DNA of 64,000 nt, taken from NCBI GenBank assembly GCA_964016885.1, contig CAXHJY010000928.1, forward strand, positions 434,001 to 498,000. Direction: 5' to 3'. Of the stretch, positions 15,344 through 25,946 are shown one piece after another. Position numbers and translations under genes: made by a program. The notes below the pieces were generated by a model, which was given only the letters and a program-made list of their open reading frames with translations, did not search any database and had not been told where the DNA came from. Within the stretch, counting starts at the first letter, position 1, and the number at the start of each line of letters is the position of its first letter. The DNA is from Eledone cirrhosa (taxonomy: Eukaryota).

Positions 15344-15681
15344 GAGGCACATAGCTTAGTAGTTAGAGCATTGGCCTTGCAATCGAAAGGTTGTGTGTTC
15401 AATTCTCAGACCAAGTGATGTGTTGTTTCCTTGAGCAAGAAACTTTATTTCACATTGCTCCAGTTTACTCAGCTGTAGAAATGAGATGATAGGAGTGGGG
15501 TCCCTATCATTCCACTGCAACGTGGTCGTGGAGGTGCCACGTCAAAAAAAGCACCCAGCACTCACTGTAAATGAGGTTGGCGTTAGGAAGGGCATCTAGC
15601 TGTAGAAATCAAGCCAGAATCAGTTCCCGTCCCACCCTTGCAAGCAGCGAAAAAGCAGACGCAAAATGAAATGATGATGAT
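15344..15681 (+). mobile_element. tRNA-derived SINE with RTE-type tail
   Basis: gaggcacatagcttagtagttagagcattggcc...gttcaattc...ttccttgagcaaga...aggaagggcatc...atgatgatga. Confidence 0.9.
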
Positions 15682-15701
15682 ATATATGTATATATATATA
15701 T

Positions 15702-16979
15702 ATATTCATTAGTTAAGCAAAACAAGACCACAAATTTCACAAGGAAGACATTATTAAAAGATTGTCAACATATTTTAGTTTGATGTAAGGTATGTAGAGA
15801 ATAATAATAATAATATTAATAATAATAATGTCCATTTACAATTGTTTCGCTACTCCGTATAATATTTCTGGATCAGATGACTATATATCATAATTGATCT
15901 GGTTCAGTTGAAAATAATTAACATATTTAAAAGACAGAGCAGCTCATCGGAACTTCAAAGGAATATAAATTAAAATAATGAGAGAATGTTACATAATATA
16001 ATGTTCCATATATTGGTTTTTCACTATGGTGTCTTGGTTGCATCAGTTGTCAGCCATAATCAAGCAGTATTCATCTGTCGAGGCAGCCATCCTGCCACCC
16101 ACAGGCAGACCCCACACAATGCAGCCTCGACAGATGAACACTGCTCGACCACGGCTGACAATTGATGCAACCAAGACACCACAGTGAAAAACTAACATAT
16201 GGAACACCACACTATGCAACATTCTCTCATTACTCCAACTTATATTCCTTTGAAGCTCCGATGAGCCGTTCCGTCCCCCAAATATGTTAATCATCTTCAA
16301 CTGAACCAGATCAACCAAGACACACAGTCATCCGATCCAGAAACACCGTATGGAACAGCAAAACAATTGCAAACGGACACTACTATCATCAATATTACTA
16401 TTATTATCATTCTCCCACTACCCACATCAAAGCAAAATATGTTGACAATCCCTCAATAGTGTTGCATAGTGTGGTGTTCCATATGTTGATTTTTCACTGT
16501 GGTGTCTTGGTTGCATCAGTTGTCAGCCGTGGTCGAGCAGTGTTCATCTGTCGAGGCTGCATTGTGTGGGGTCTGCCTGTGGGTGGCAGGATGGCTGCCT
16601 TGACAGATGAATACTGCTTGATTATGGCTGACAACTGATGCAACCAAGACACCATAGTGAAAAACCAATATATGGAACATTATATTATGTAACATTCTCT
16701 CATTATTTTAATTTATATTCCTTTGAAGTTCCGATGAGCCGCTCTGTCTTTTAAATATGTTAATTATTTTCAACTGAACCAGATCAATTATGATATATAG
16801 TCATCTGATCCAGAAATATTATACGGAGTAGCGAAACAATTGTAAATGGACATTATTATTATTAATATTATTATTATTATTCTCTACATTCCTTACATCA
16901 AACTAAAATATGTTGACAATCTTTTAATAATGTCTTCCTTGTGAAATTTGTGGTCTTGTTTTGCTTAACTAATGAATAT
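15702..16979. repeat. Nested palindrome: ~520-bp near-perfect outer arms containing an inner ~340-bp hairpin with one transition-hypermutated arm; probable non-autonomous Penelope-like element
   Basis: 15702-16221 is the reverse complement of 16460-16979; 15750-16087 is the reverse complement of 16121-16460 except for numerous A/G (T/C) differences. Confidence 0.9.
16728..16847 (+). ncRNA. Hammerhead-like motif with very long stem II and variant core (also present on the minus strand at ~15834-15953)
   Basis: gtt CCGATGA gc(c/t)gctctgt ...~80 nt... acggagtagc GAAA caattg TA aat; stem II base pairs over about 10 bp; palindromic stem III; core is CCGAUGA rather than CUGAUGA and stem I is weak. 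Confidence 0.45.
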
Positions 16980-17193
16980 TTCCAGCTCTGCGCACCTAAC
17001 TTCTGCATGAACCCAGCCACCTAGCTGCTTCTACTGCATATTGCACATTCTAACTAATTCACCATTCTCTCCTCTCATATCTCCTCTCCTATCTCCATCT
17101 CTCTCTTTAAGATTGGTTACTCTTGAACTGTGTATATATATATGTATGTATATATGTACTCGTATATATATATGTATGTATATATATATATGT

Positions 17194-17249
<56 letters not shown>

Positions 17250-17266
17250 ATATATATGTATGTAGG

Positions 17267-17297
<31 letters not shown>

Positions 17298-17318
17298 GTG
17301 TGTGTGTGTGTATATATA

Positions 17319-18598
17319 CAGGGTGTGGACGATATTTGTTCGCAAGATTACTGTCTAGGAAAAAATAACACAGTAGTTTTATTTTTAAGATATATTTATC
17401 AGACTTGAGTCAGTTTGTCTTCATGACTTGTTCTTTCGATCTCACTTGATAAACATGCCATTGGCTTTGGTGACGGCCTCAAGGTGGTTTCGGAACCGGC
17501 TACAGGCCTTCGTCACTGTCCCCTGACTTAGGCTCCTAAAGGCACTTGTGATCCTGGCCTTCAGATCATCTTTCGTATTGCAGCTAGATCTGTTGGTGTC
17601 TCGTTCTACTGCGCCCCACACAAAGAAGTCGAGGGGGTTGCAGTCAGGTGAGCTGGGAGGTCAGATGTCAGGTGAAGTGTGGTTGACGAAGTTCCCTGAC
17701 AGCCAGGCTTGGGTCTTTTGGCTGGTATGGCAGAACGCTGAGTCTTGCCACACGTACGGCCTACCTGCAGCTACCTGGTCGATCCAGGGTTTACTACCTC
17801 GCTCAGAACGCGGATGTAGCCATCGGTGTTCAGCTTGTGGCCCTCAGGGAAGAAATGAGGTGGCATGACGTCACCTTGACTGCTGACGACACCTAAGACC
17901 AATGTTGTCGCTGGAAAATTTGTCTGCATGACTCTGGGCACGTCTTTGGATGTGACAGCGAGCCACCTGTTGTTCTGGGAGTTGATCTTCTGGTCTTGGC
18001 AGAAGTTTTTCTCGTCGGAGAAAAACCACAGCATGTCTGGCTCCAGTGGGTGTTTCAACTTGTTGATCAGCTTCTTTGCCTGCTTCACTCGCTTTTCTTG
18101 CATCGCCTTTGACAGAAATTGTCCTTTCCTCATCTTGTATGAAACGTAGCGAATGTCTTCATGTACCACCAGCCTAATGAGCTTTTCATCCACGCTGCGA
18201 TTCTCCCTTGCAATGGCACGCATCGACTTGCTAGGTTCATTGTTGATGATATCCTGAACTTCAGCGACGAACTCAGGCGTTCTGAAGGCGTCAGATCGTC
18301 GATCATGTGTTTTCCTCTCTGATGTTGCTTCGTAGTCGAATCCTGAATCTTCCAATTCCTTTCTGACCTTTTCCACCATTCTCCTGCTGACGCTGATAAA
18401 GTCTGAAATTTCCTTATTTGTCCTCCCGGTGCGGATTCCAAGAAGAACTCCGTGTCTCTTCAACAAATTTTGAGGTTCAAAATTATTCATAATCAATTAT
18501 TCTGAAAATAAATAATGGAAATATAGTCACTGTTTTTATGAAGACAAGAGTGACAACGGAAGTAAAAAAATTTGCATAAAATTATCGTCCACACCCTG
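17319..18598 (-). mobile_element. Tc1/mariner DNA transposon, DD37D (maT-type), full length with TIRs at a TA site
   Basis: TIRs cagggtgtggacgata (17319) and tatcgtccacaccctg (18598), TA on both sides, 1280 bp. Confidence 0.92.
17440..18496 (-). pseudogene. DD37D transposase pseudogene (frameshift near 17790, TGG-to-TGA stop near 17662)
   Basis: HTH-like N-terminus, WFFSDEKNF, then in a shifted frame PYVWQDSAFCH...DI*PPSSPDCNPLDFFVWG, with 37 residues counted between the second and third Asp; the 3' end coordinate is approximate. Confidence 0.85.
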
Positions 18599-18629
18599 TA
18601 TATATATATATATGTGTATATATATATAT

Positions 18630-18900
18630 TAGGTACCACAATATCCAGTCCTAAATATATGAGGTCGTGTAGGTGTCACGACAAAAAAACACACAGTCCA
18701 GGCTGTAATGTGGCCGTGTAGGCAACACGGTAAAAACCTCCCAGTCCACACTGTAAATGTGGTTGGTGTTAGGAAGGGCATCCAGCCGTAGAAAACCTGC
18801 CAGACAGTCCTATACGAGCAAGACAACTAATCTTGCCTCAAGTGGGACAATTCCCGTCAAAACCCATGCTAGCGTGGAAGATCGATGTTAAATAATGATG

Positions 18901-18906
<6 letters not shown>
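18630..18906 (+). mobile_element. RTE 3'UTR fragment
   Basis: gtcgtgtaggtgtcacgacaaaa...ggtgttaggaagggcatccagccgtagaaa...aacccatgctagcgtggaag...atgatgatg. Confidence 0.85.
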
Positions 18907-18941
<35 letters not shown>

Positions 18942-19049
18942 ATATATATGTATATATATATACATGTATATGTATATGTATATATGTGTATATATGTATA
19001 TATATATCTATGTATATATATATGTATATATAGATAGATATATATATAT

Positions 19050-19429
19050 CATCACTATCACCGTTTTACGTCCGTTCTTCCACGCTAGCATGGGTTAGAC
19101 GGGTTGTCCTGTTGCGGACAGTGTCCGGTCGGCTGACCTTCTCTTGCTCATATAGAAACTGGATGCCCTTTCTACAGCTGGATGCCCTTCCTAACACCAA
19201 CCTCATTTACAGTGAGTGCTGGGTGCTTTTTTCCAAGGCACCTCCACGTCCACTTTACTGTGGAATGATAGGGACCCCAGTACTATCGTCTCATTACAGC
19301 TGACTAACCTGGAGCAATGTGAAATAAAGTGTCTTGCTCAAGTTAACAACATATCACCCGGTCCAAGAATTGAACTCACAAGCTTTCGATTGTAAACCCA
19401 ATGCTCTAACTACTAAGCCATGTGCCTTC
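19050..19429 (-). mobile_element. tRNA-derived SINE variant carrying an RTE-A-type extreme 3' end
   Basis: tRNA head at ~19365-19429; 19050-19160 matches the RTE-A terminus (ccgttttacgtccgttcttccacgctagcatgggttagacgggttgtcctgttg). Confidence 0.8.
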
Positions 19430-19487
19430 ACACTCTCTCTATATATATATGCATAAATGTATGTGTGCATATATATATATATATATA

Positions 19488-20182
19488 ATCAGACCGTATG
19501 ATGTGTGTATCCGAACAGCAATGTTACATGGTAGTGAGACCTGGGTGCTGAAGGTGGAAGACTTGCGTAGATTAGAGAGAAACGAAGCCTGCATGCTCCG
19601 ATGGATGTGTAATAGTAATATACGCGAACGGCAAAGCATAAATGAATTGAGAGAGAGACTGAGCATAAGAGGAATCAAATGGTGTGTGCAGGAGAGGCGG
19701 TGGCGCTGGTATGGACATGTGATGCGTATGAAGGATGACAGCTGCATAAAAAGGTGCAGAGCACTAGAAGTTGATCGAAACCGCGGAGTGGGGAGACCCA
19801 AGAAGACCTGGGACGAGGTGATAAAATCCGACCTTACCCAATTACACCTCTCAAAGGCAATGAGACACGACCGTGACCTGTAGCGTGACGCAGTAATACA
19901 GAAGACCTGATCACCCACGGGTCCAAGCCGAAGCTGAAGTATATAGACAATATGCCCCCACACCCTACCACTGCAAAGTGGTCGTGGAGGTGCCATGGAA
20001 AAAAAGCACCCGGCCCACACTGTAAATGAGGTTGGTGTTAGGAAGGGCATCCAGCTGTAGAAATCAACCAGAATCAGTTCCTGTATGAGCAAGACAAGGT
20101 CAGCCGACTGGGCTCTGCCCACAACACGACAACCTTCCAACCCATGCTAGCGTGGAAGAACGGACATAAAACGGTGATGATA
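19488..20182 (+). mobile_element. RTE LINE subfamily A-like 3' fragment, diverged
   Basis: [34 protein letters not shown]...GRPKKTW; premature stop; 3'UTR. Confidence 0.9.
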
Positions 20183-20201
20183 ATATATATATATATCTAT
20201 A

Positions 20202-20242
<41 letters not shown>

Positions 20243-20246
<4 letters not shown>

Positions 20247-20927
20247 GAATGAAGTTAATATGTCCAAGGATACTAGGTACCCCTAGAAATACATAGGTTA
20301 TCTATGATTCAAGGTTGTTCAATGGTATTAATTTGATACACCAGAACTTTAATATTAAGATAAGCAGAACAAGTAAAATTCAATCAATTCTTTAAAATAC
20401 ATTAAAAAATATAATATAAATATTTACCTCTCCTAGTGGCCCTTACTGATCACTTTCGCTTTGTAAAACCTCATAAATCCGATGGATTTCTGATGGAAAA
20501 CCAAAGCTCATCAGAGAAGCATTTTCCTTTCCTAGGGCTAAACATCCCAGGAACGACAAAATATATGACCTCCTGCCAGCAAATAAAGGTCTGACGGTCG
20601 TAAAAGTGACCCGTATGTAAACTGGACCGAAGTAAAAACGGGAAAATCAAAGACTTGCTGTCGACAATTACTACTAAAAAAAAATAGCAGCTAAATAGAA
20701 CAACAGATTTGTTCTCAACATAACGGAGATTAATGAATGAAGTTAATATGTCCAAGGATACTAGGTACCCCTAGAAATACATAGGTTGTCTATGATTCAA
20801 GGTTGTTCAATGGTATTAATTTGATACACCAGAATATTAAGATAAGCAGAACAAGTAAAATTCAATCAATTCTTTAAAATACATTAAAGAATTGATTGAA
20901 TTTTACTTGTTCTGCTTATCTTAATAT
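20243..20927 (-). mobile_element. Non-autonomous Penelope-like / retrozyme-like element: ~490-bp unit with ~155-bp direct terminal repeat, terminal hairpin and hammerhead motif
   Basis: 20243-20407 is repeated at 20732-20889; perfect 44-bp hairpin 20834-20877/20884-20927; hammerhead core on the minus strand; (TA)n on both sides. Confidence 0.65.
20427..20520 (-). ncRNA. Type I hammerhead-like motif with extended stem II
   Basis: Reverse complement: gcttct CTGATGA gctttg ...aaatcc atc ggattt... caaagc GAAA gtg atcagtaagggc cac TA ggag; stem I is weak and G.U-rich. Confidence 0.6.
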
Positions 20928-20970
20928 ATATATATATATGTATATATGTATATATATATATATATATATA

Positions 20971-23900
20971 AACTTCAGAGTTGGTACCATGAATGTAGGC
21001 ACCTTAAAGGGTCGCTCTAACGAGGTTGTAGAAATGCTTGAACGTAAGGAGGTCGATGTTTGTTGTATTCAAGAGACCAGGTGGAGGGGAGGGTCGGCTA
21101 GATTCATCGTGGGTAAAGAGCGATGCTATAAGCTTTTCTGGGTGGGAAATGACAATGGGTTGGGTGGGGTAGGAATCATGGTAGCAGAAAAGTGGGCAGA
21201 TAAGATAATAGACGTAAATAGAGTGAACGACAGAATAATTAAAATAAGACTTGTCCTCAATAAAACTACGGTGACAGTAATATCTGCGTACGCACCCCAA
21301 TCCGGACTGCCCCGCGCTATAAAAGACAGATTCTACGAGACACTGATGCTCGCTACCTCCCAAATAACCGACAGTGACTATGTAGTTATTGCAGGCGACC
21401 TAAATGGTCACGTTGGACAACATTGTGACGGCTATGACGGAATCCATGGAGGCTATGGGTTCGGTACTAGAAATGAGGAAGGCTCCAGAATCCTGGAATT
21501 CTGCGACGCAAATAACTTAACTATCTGTAACACTAACTTCAAAAAACGAGACAATCACTTGATCACCTATAGATCGGGGGAACACACAAGCCAGGTAGAT
21601 TATATCCTTACCAGAAGACGTGACAGAGTGTCTGTTGTTAACACTAAATCCCACCCCCATGAAGAATTCACCTCCCAACATAGACTGATAATTAGCGACC
21701 TAATAGTCAGGACGAGACGTACTAGACAGCGGAAGAGGACTATCCTCAGGAGAAAAATATGGAAGCTAAAGGACCCCATAGCCAGAAATAAATTTCAAAG
21801 CAAATTACTTGACGCTTTCGACAGTAAGGAAGAGCAATTAGAGTCGTATAATATAGAGGAACAGTGGGAATTCCTGAGAGCAAACCTGCTGACGGCGGCA
21901 GACGAAGTCTGTGGCTGGAGCAGACCTGTAGGTAGGAGGAGAGTAACATGGTGGTGGAACAGTAAGGTGGAGGAGTCATTTAAGGCCAAAAAGCAGGCTT
22001 GGAAAGTATGGCGGGATGGGGGAAGTAGAGAAGACTATCAAGTGGCCAGGAGGGAAGCTAGGAGACAAGTGTACTTCGCAAGAAGGGAAGCAGAGGAAAG
22101 AAAGTTCAAGCATGTTCTACAACGTGAGGACCAAAAACGTGAGGCGTTCAGGATTGCCAGGCAATGTGTCAAGGAAAACCGTGATATTGTCGGGGAGAAG
22201 TGTGTACTTAACGATGATGGCATACTTGCCATCACCGACGCTGATAAGAAGGTAGCTTGGAAGTGTCACTACGAAAGGCTTCTAAATGAGGAGAACAAAT
22301 GGGAGAAAGACAGTCTCCCCCAGATCGATCAAATAGAGGGACCAGCAGTGTTAGTTGAAGGTAGTATAATAAGTAAGGCAATCAAAGATATGAAGACGGG
22401 TAAGGCGGCTGGGCCTTCGGAAATAGTTGCTGAGATGCTGAAGGCATCTGGTTCGGTGGGACACACCATGGTCACCCGGATAGTTAACCAAGTCGTACAG
22501 AATGGGGTTGTTCCGAAGGAATGGCGTAGCAGCATCATCGTTAACTGCTATAAGGGAAAAGGAGATGCCCTAGATAGGAGTAACTATAGAGGCATTAAAT
22601 TAATCGACCAGGTCATGAAGGTCACGGAAAAAGTAATAGCGCAACTAATCAGAGAGAGAATTGATCTAGATGAAATGCAGTTCGGGTTTGTGTCAGGCAA
22701 AAGTACCACAGACGCTCTTTTCATTGTACGACAACTACAGGAGAAGTACCTAGCTAAAAGTAAACCCCTATACTTAGCTTTTGTCGACTTGGAGAAAGCC
22801 TTCGACAGAGTCCCCCGTTCCATTATCTGGTGGTCTCTTAGAAAACTAGGTGTTGACGAATGGCTTGTGAGAGCTATACAAGCCATGTATAAAGAAACAG
22901 TCAGTAAGGTTAGAATTAACAACGAATATAGTGAAGAGTTTAGCGTAAAAGTTGGTGTCCATCAGGGCTCTGTACTTAGCCCCCTACTATTTATTATTGC
23001 CCTTCAGGCTATAACAGAGGAGTTCAAGACCGGCTGCCCATGGGAACTCCTATACGCAGATGATCTAACGCTCATAGCTGAATCAATGACCGAACTAGAG
23101 AAGAAATTCCAAACGTGGAAGCACGGCCTAGAATCAAAAGGCCTTAAAATTAACCTGGCTAAGACTAAAGTTCTAGTTTGTAGGAAAGAAAATAAGGCGG
23201 CGGTCCCATCGGGGAAATGGCCATGCTCAGTGTGTAGGAAAGGCGTAGGTAGAAACTCCATTTTATGTCCCAAATGCAAAGTATGGGTGCATAAAAGATG
23301 TAGTGGGATCACAGGTAAGCTAACTAAGAACATAGATTTTACATGTGGCCGGTGCTCTGGTGCAATAAGTAGCAGCAAGTGCCCACAAAATACTAGCTCC
23401 TTCAACTGCGCAGAGGGTTCTATAGAAATAGTGGACAGCTTCCGTTATCTGGGTGACAAAATCAGCAGTGGGGGAGGGTGCTCTGAAAGTACAGTAGCTA
23501 GAGTCAGAACTGGATGGAAAAAGTTCAGAGAGCTTATACCACTATTAGCCGCTAGAGGGTTCTCCCTAAAAATGAAAGGCAGGTTATACGATGCCTGCAT
23601 ACGAACAGCAATGCTGCATGGCAGTGAGACCTGGGCATTGTGTGCAGAGGATATACGCAGACTAGAGAGGAACGAAGCTTGCATGCTCCGCTGGATGTGC
23701 AATAGTAATATACGTGAACGGCAAAGCATAAACGAACTAAGGAAAAAATTAGAAATAAGAGGGATCAGATGTTGTTTACTCGAGAGAAGGCTACGTTGGT
23801 ACGGTCACGTGATGCGCATGAAAGACGACAGCTGTATAACAAAGTGCAGGGCAATAAAGATAGACGGTAGCCACGGAGTAGGCAGACCCAGAAAAACATG

Positions 23901-24518
23901 GGACGAGCTGATAAATTCCGACCTCACACGCTTACACCTCTCCAAGACAATGTCACTGGACCGAGACCTTTGGCGGTACTCAGTAATAGAGAAGACCCGC
24001 CTTACCTAAATACAAAGTAAAAACCTACTACAGTCAGTAGGCACCTCTATCAAAACACACCCCCGTCCCACCACCTCCACCCCACCCACACCGCCCCTTT
24101 CAATGTAAAGTTATGTTGGTCCCACAACATCCAGGCCGAAACAAATGAGATCGTGTAGGTGTCACGACAAAAAACACACAGTCCACGCTGTAAATGTGGC
24201 CGTGTAGGCAACACGGTAAAAACCTCCCAGCCCCACACTGTAAATGTGGTTGGTATTAGGAAGGGCATCCAGCTGTAGAAAACCCGCCAGACAGTCCACG
24301 CTGTAATGTGGCCGTGTAGGCAACATGGTAAAAACCTCCCAGCCCCACACTGTAAATGTGGTTGGTGTTAGGAAGGGCATCCAACTGTAGAAAACCCGCC
24401 AGACAGTCCTATGCGAGCAAGACAACCACTCTTGCCTCAAGTGGGAAAACCCCCGTCCAAACCCATGCAAGCGTGGAACACGGACGCTAAACCTGATGAT
24501 GATGATGATGATGATGAT
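20971..24518 (+). mobile_element. RTE-clade LINE subfamily B, near full length (5'UTR missing), (GAT)n tail
   Basis: Begins at the first APE strand (FRVGTMNVGTL); uninterrupted ORF to 24009; ~500-bp 3'UTR with a ~112-bp internal duplication. Confidence 0.95.
20989..24009 (+). CDS. RTE ORF: APE endonuclease, reverse transcriptase and PHD-like zinc finger, no stops or frameshifts
   Basis: MNVGTL, IQETRW, YAPQ, GDLNGHVG, QVDYIL, SQHRL; [29 protein letters not shown]; CSVC..CPKC..HKRC..CGRC; RLRWYGHV. The ATG at 20989 is internal to the first APE motif, so the true start is probably lost. Confidence 0.9.
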   Translation: MNVGTLKGRSNEVVEMLERKEVDVCCIQETRWRGGSARFIVGKERCYKLFWVGNDNGLGGVGIMVAEKWADKIIDVNRVNDRIIKIRLVLNKTTVTVISAYAPQSGLPRAIKDRFYETLMLATSQITDSDYVVIAGDLNGHVGQHCDGYDGIHGGYGFGTRNEEGSRILEFCDANNLTICNTNFKKRDNHLITYRSGEHTSQVDYILTRRRDRVSVVNTKSHPHEEFTSQHRLIISDLIVRTRRTRQRKRTILRRKIWKLKDPIARNKFQSKLLDAFDSKEEQLESYNIEEQWEFLRANLLTAADEVCGWSRPVGRRRVTWWWNSKVEESFKAKKQAWKVWRDGGSREDYQVARREARRQVYFARREAEERKFKHVLQREDQKREAFRIARQCVKENRDIVGEKCVLNDDGILAITDADKKVAWKCHYERLLNEENKWEKDSLPQIDQIEGPAVLVEGSIISKAIKDMKTGKAAGPSEIVAEMLKASGSVGHTMVTRIVNQVVQNGVVPKEWRSSIIVNCYKGKGDALDRSNYRGIKLIDQVMKVTEKVIAQLIRERIDLDEMQFGFVSGKSTTDALFIVRQLQEKYLAKSKPLYLAFVDLEKAFDRVPRSIIWWSLRKLGVDEWLVRAIQAMYKETVSKVRINNEYSEEFSVKVGVHQGSVLSPLLFIIALQAITEEFKTGCPWELLYADDLTLIAESMTELEKKFQTWKHGLESKGLKINLAKTKVLVCRKENKAAVPSGKWPCSVCRKGVGRNSILCPKCKVWVHKRCSGITGKLTKNIDFTCGRCSGAISSSKCPQNTSSFNCAEGSIEIVDSFRYLGDKISSGGGCSESTVARVRTGWKKFRELIPLLAARGFSLKMKGRLYDACIRTAMLHGSETWALCAEDIRRLERNEACMLRWMCNSNIRERQSINELRKKLEIRGIRCCLLERRLRWYGHVMRMKDDSCITKCRAIKIDGSHGVGRPRKTWDELINSDLTRLHLSKTMSLDRDLWRYSVIEKTRLT

Positions 24519-24859
24519 ATTAACATGAAATAAACTATATAAAAAATACACATGGAAAACTCATAAAAAATACATACAATAGAAAAAATTTACGATAGGT
24601 AAAGTTGAGCACATTAATGAAAAGAAGGAAGTGTTGAGTACATAAATAAAAATTAAGATGCCGTATCTCTGATGATGTGATGACAGTTTTTAATTAAAAT
24701 ACAATACAGTATATGTAACGTTGGATGTGCTGACATGTTCTAAATAAAATAAAATAAAATAAAATACAGAATAACCAATGGTTCGATGTCATATTCCATA
24801 TACTTGTGTCGGTCCCCTTGTTCATGTCCGTACCTCCACGGGGCTCAAGTTAGACCTAC

Positions 24860-25760
24860 CCGGGAATTTCAATGCAGAGAATGTGCATTTTCGTTGATGT
24901 CTGCATGCCATGATGAGCTCGGATTTCAGGTTGACTGTGTCACCCTTTATTCTCACTATTTCCATGGCTTTGGTCAAGCACAGCCTGCATCACCCTTCAC
25001 CAGCTGAGTATGCATTTGCACGTTGAATGATACTCCAGTTGAGATCGTAAACAGTGCCACTATCGTTCAAGTCCCAGATCAAGTCTGCCAACCAAGTGGA
25101 ATGCCTCTTATCCCGGTCCTTAAAAGAATTTGTGTGATTGTACATCCTCGACTTAAAGGTCGTGGATGTTGCACCGATATAGGTGTGCTTAGCTTTTAGT
25201 GTGTTAACCACACATTTATAGACAGCGCCTTTCACAAGGCAGTTCCCTTGTAGAGGGCATTGTGTGCCAACATGGCAGTTGCAAATTCGGGTTATATGCT
25301 GCTCAGTAGTCATGCAGGGACTTGGCCTTACTGTGGCGCGCTCCCCACCTCCTCCATGTTGTTCCGCAGGCGCAGTGTACTCCATGCTTGCGGTCGGCGC
25401 CACCTGGTTATTGGGTTCTGTGTCTACTGCAGGTTGATCGCCGACTATGGGGTCTGTGCCACATCCCTATGTGCTCCTCCCAGCCCTCCAGTGATAGAAC
25501 CTGCCTGTAATTGTCGGCGTTCGAAGTTCCTCATTTTCACTGCATTAGTTTTGGCTATATAGTCGGCCATGTTGGGTGCAGTGGAAAATGAGAACTTTAC
25601 TGTGTGGTGATTGAAAAGCCTGTGGTACCTGTGCAACGCCGAGAAGCAGTCGTCCAATGTCTTGAAGAAGAGGCCGGGTATGTTGGTGGCTACGTGTTTC
25701 GAATACGGTGCATTGAACCAGGTAATGTTCCTAGATCTTGTCCTATTTCGTCGTCAGTTG
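24860..25760 (-). pseudogene. Penelope-like element 3' portion: RT-EN linker and GIY-YIG endonuclease, disrupted
   Basis: RSRNITWFNAPYSKHVATNI...FNHHTVKFSFS, then CNC..CPLQGNCL..AVYKC..YIGAT..FKSRMYNH..SF..IW..NWSII, then after a stop CRLCL..NLKSEL..CRH; this layout matches GIY-YIG domains of metazoan PLEs. Confidence 0.8.
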
Positions 25761-25946
25761 GTTCTCCCGAGTTGAGTATACCCACTAATTCCACCCCCAT
25801 GCTATCACTATACCCACTAATTCCACCCCCATGCTATCGCTATTCCTAGATCTACCATGCATGTTCGAATTATTGGGTTCACCTTCTAAATTATGTTGGT
25901 TGTGTCTACTGGTCCTATAGTCAATCTCATTCCTACTGTCAGATTG

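Noticed and set aside
16043-16318. 91-aa minus-strand ORF in the nested palindrome
   Set aside because: It is open largely because A-to-G changes remove stops present in the unaltered arm, and it has no protein motif.
21673-21681. APE motif reads SQH rather than SDH, which could suggest a dead endonuclease
   Set aside because: The same residue is present in both subfamilies and in the old copy, so it is a family trait and not a copy-specific lesion.
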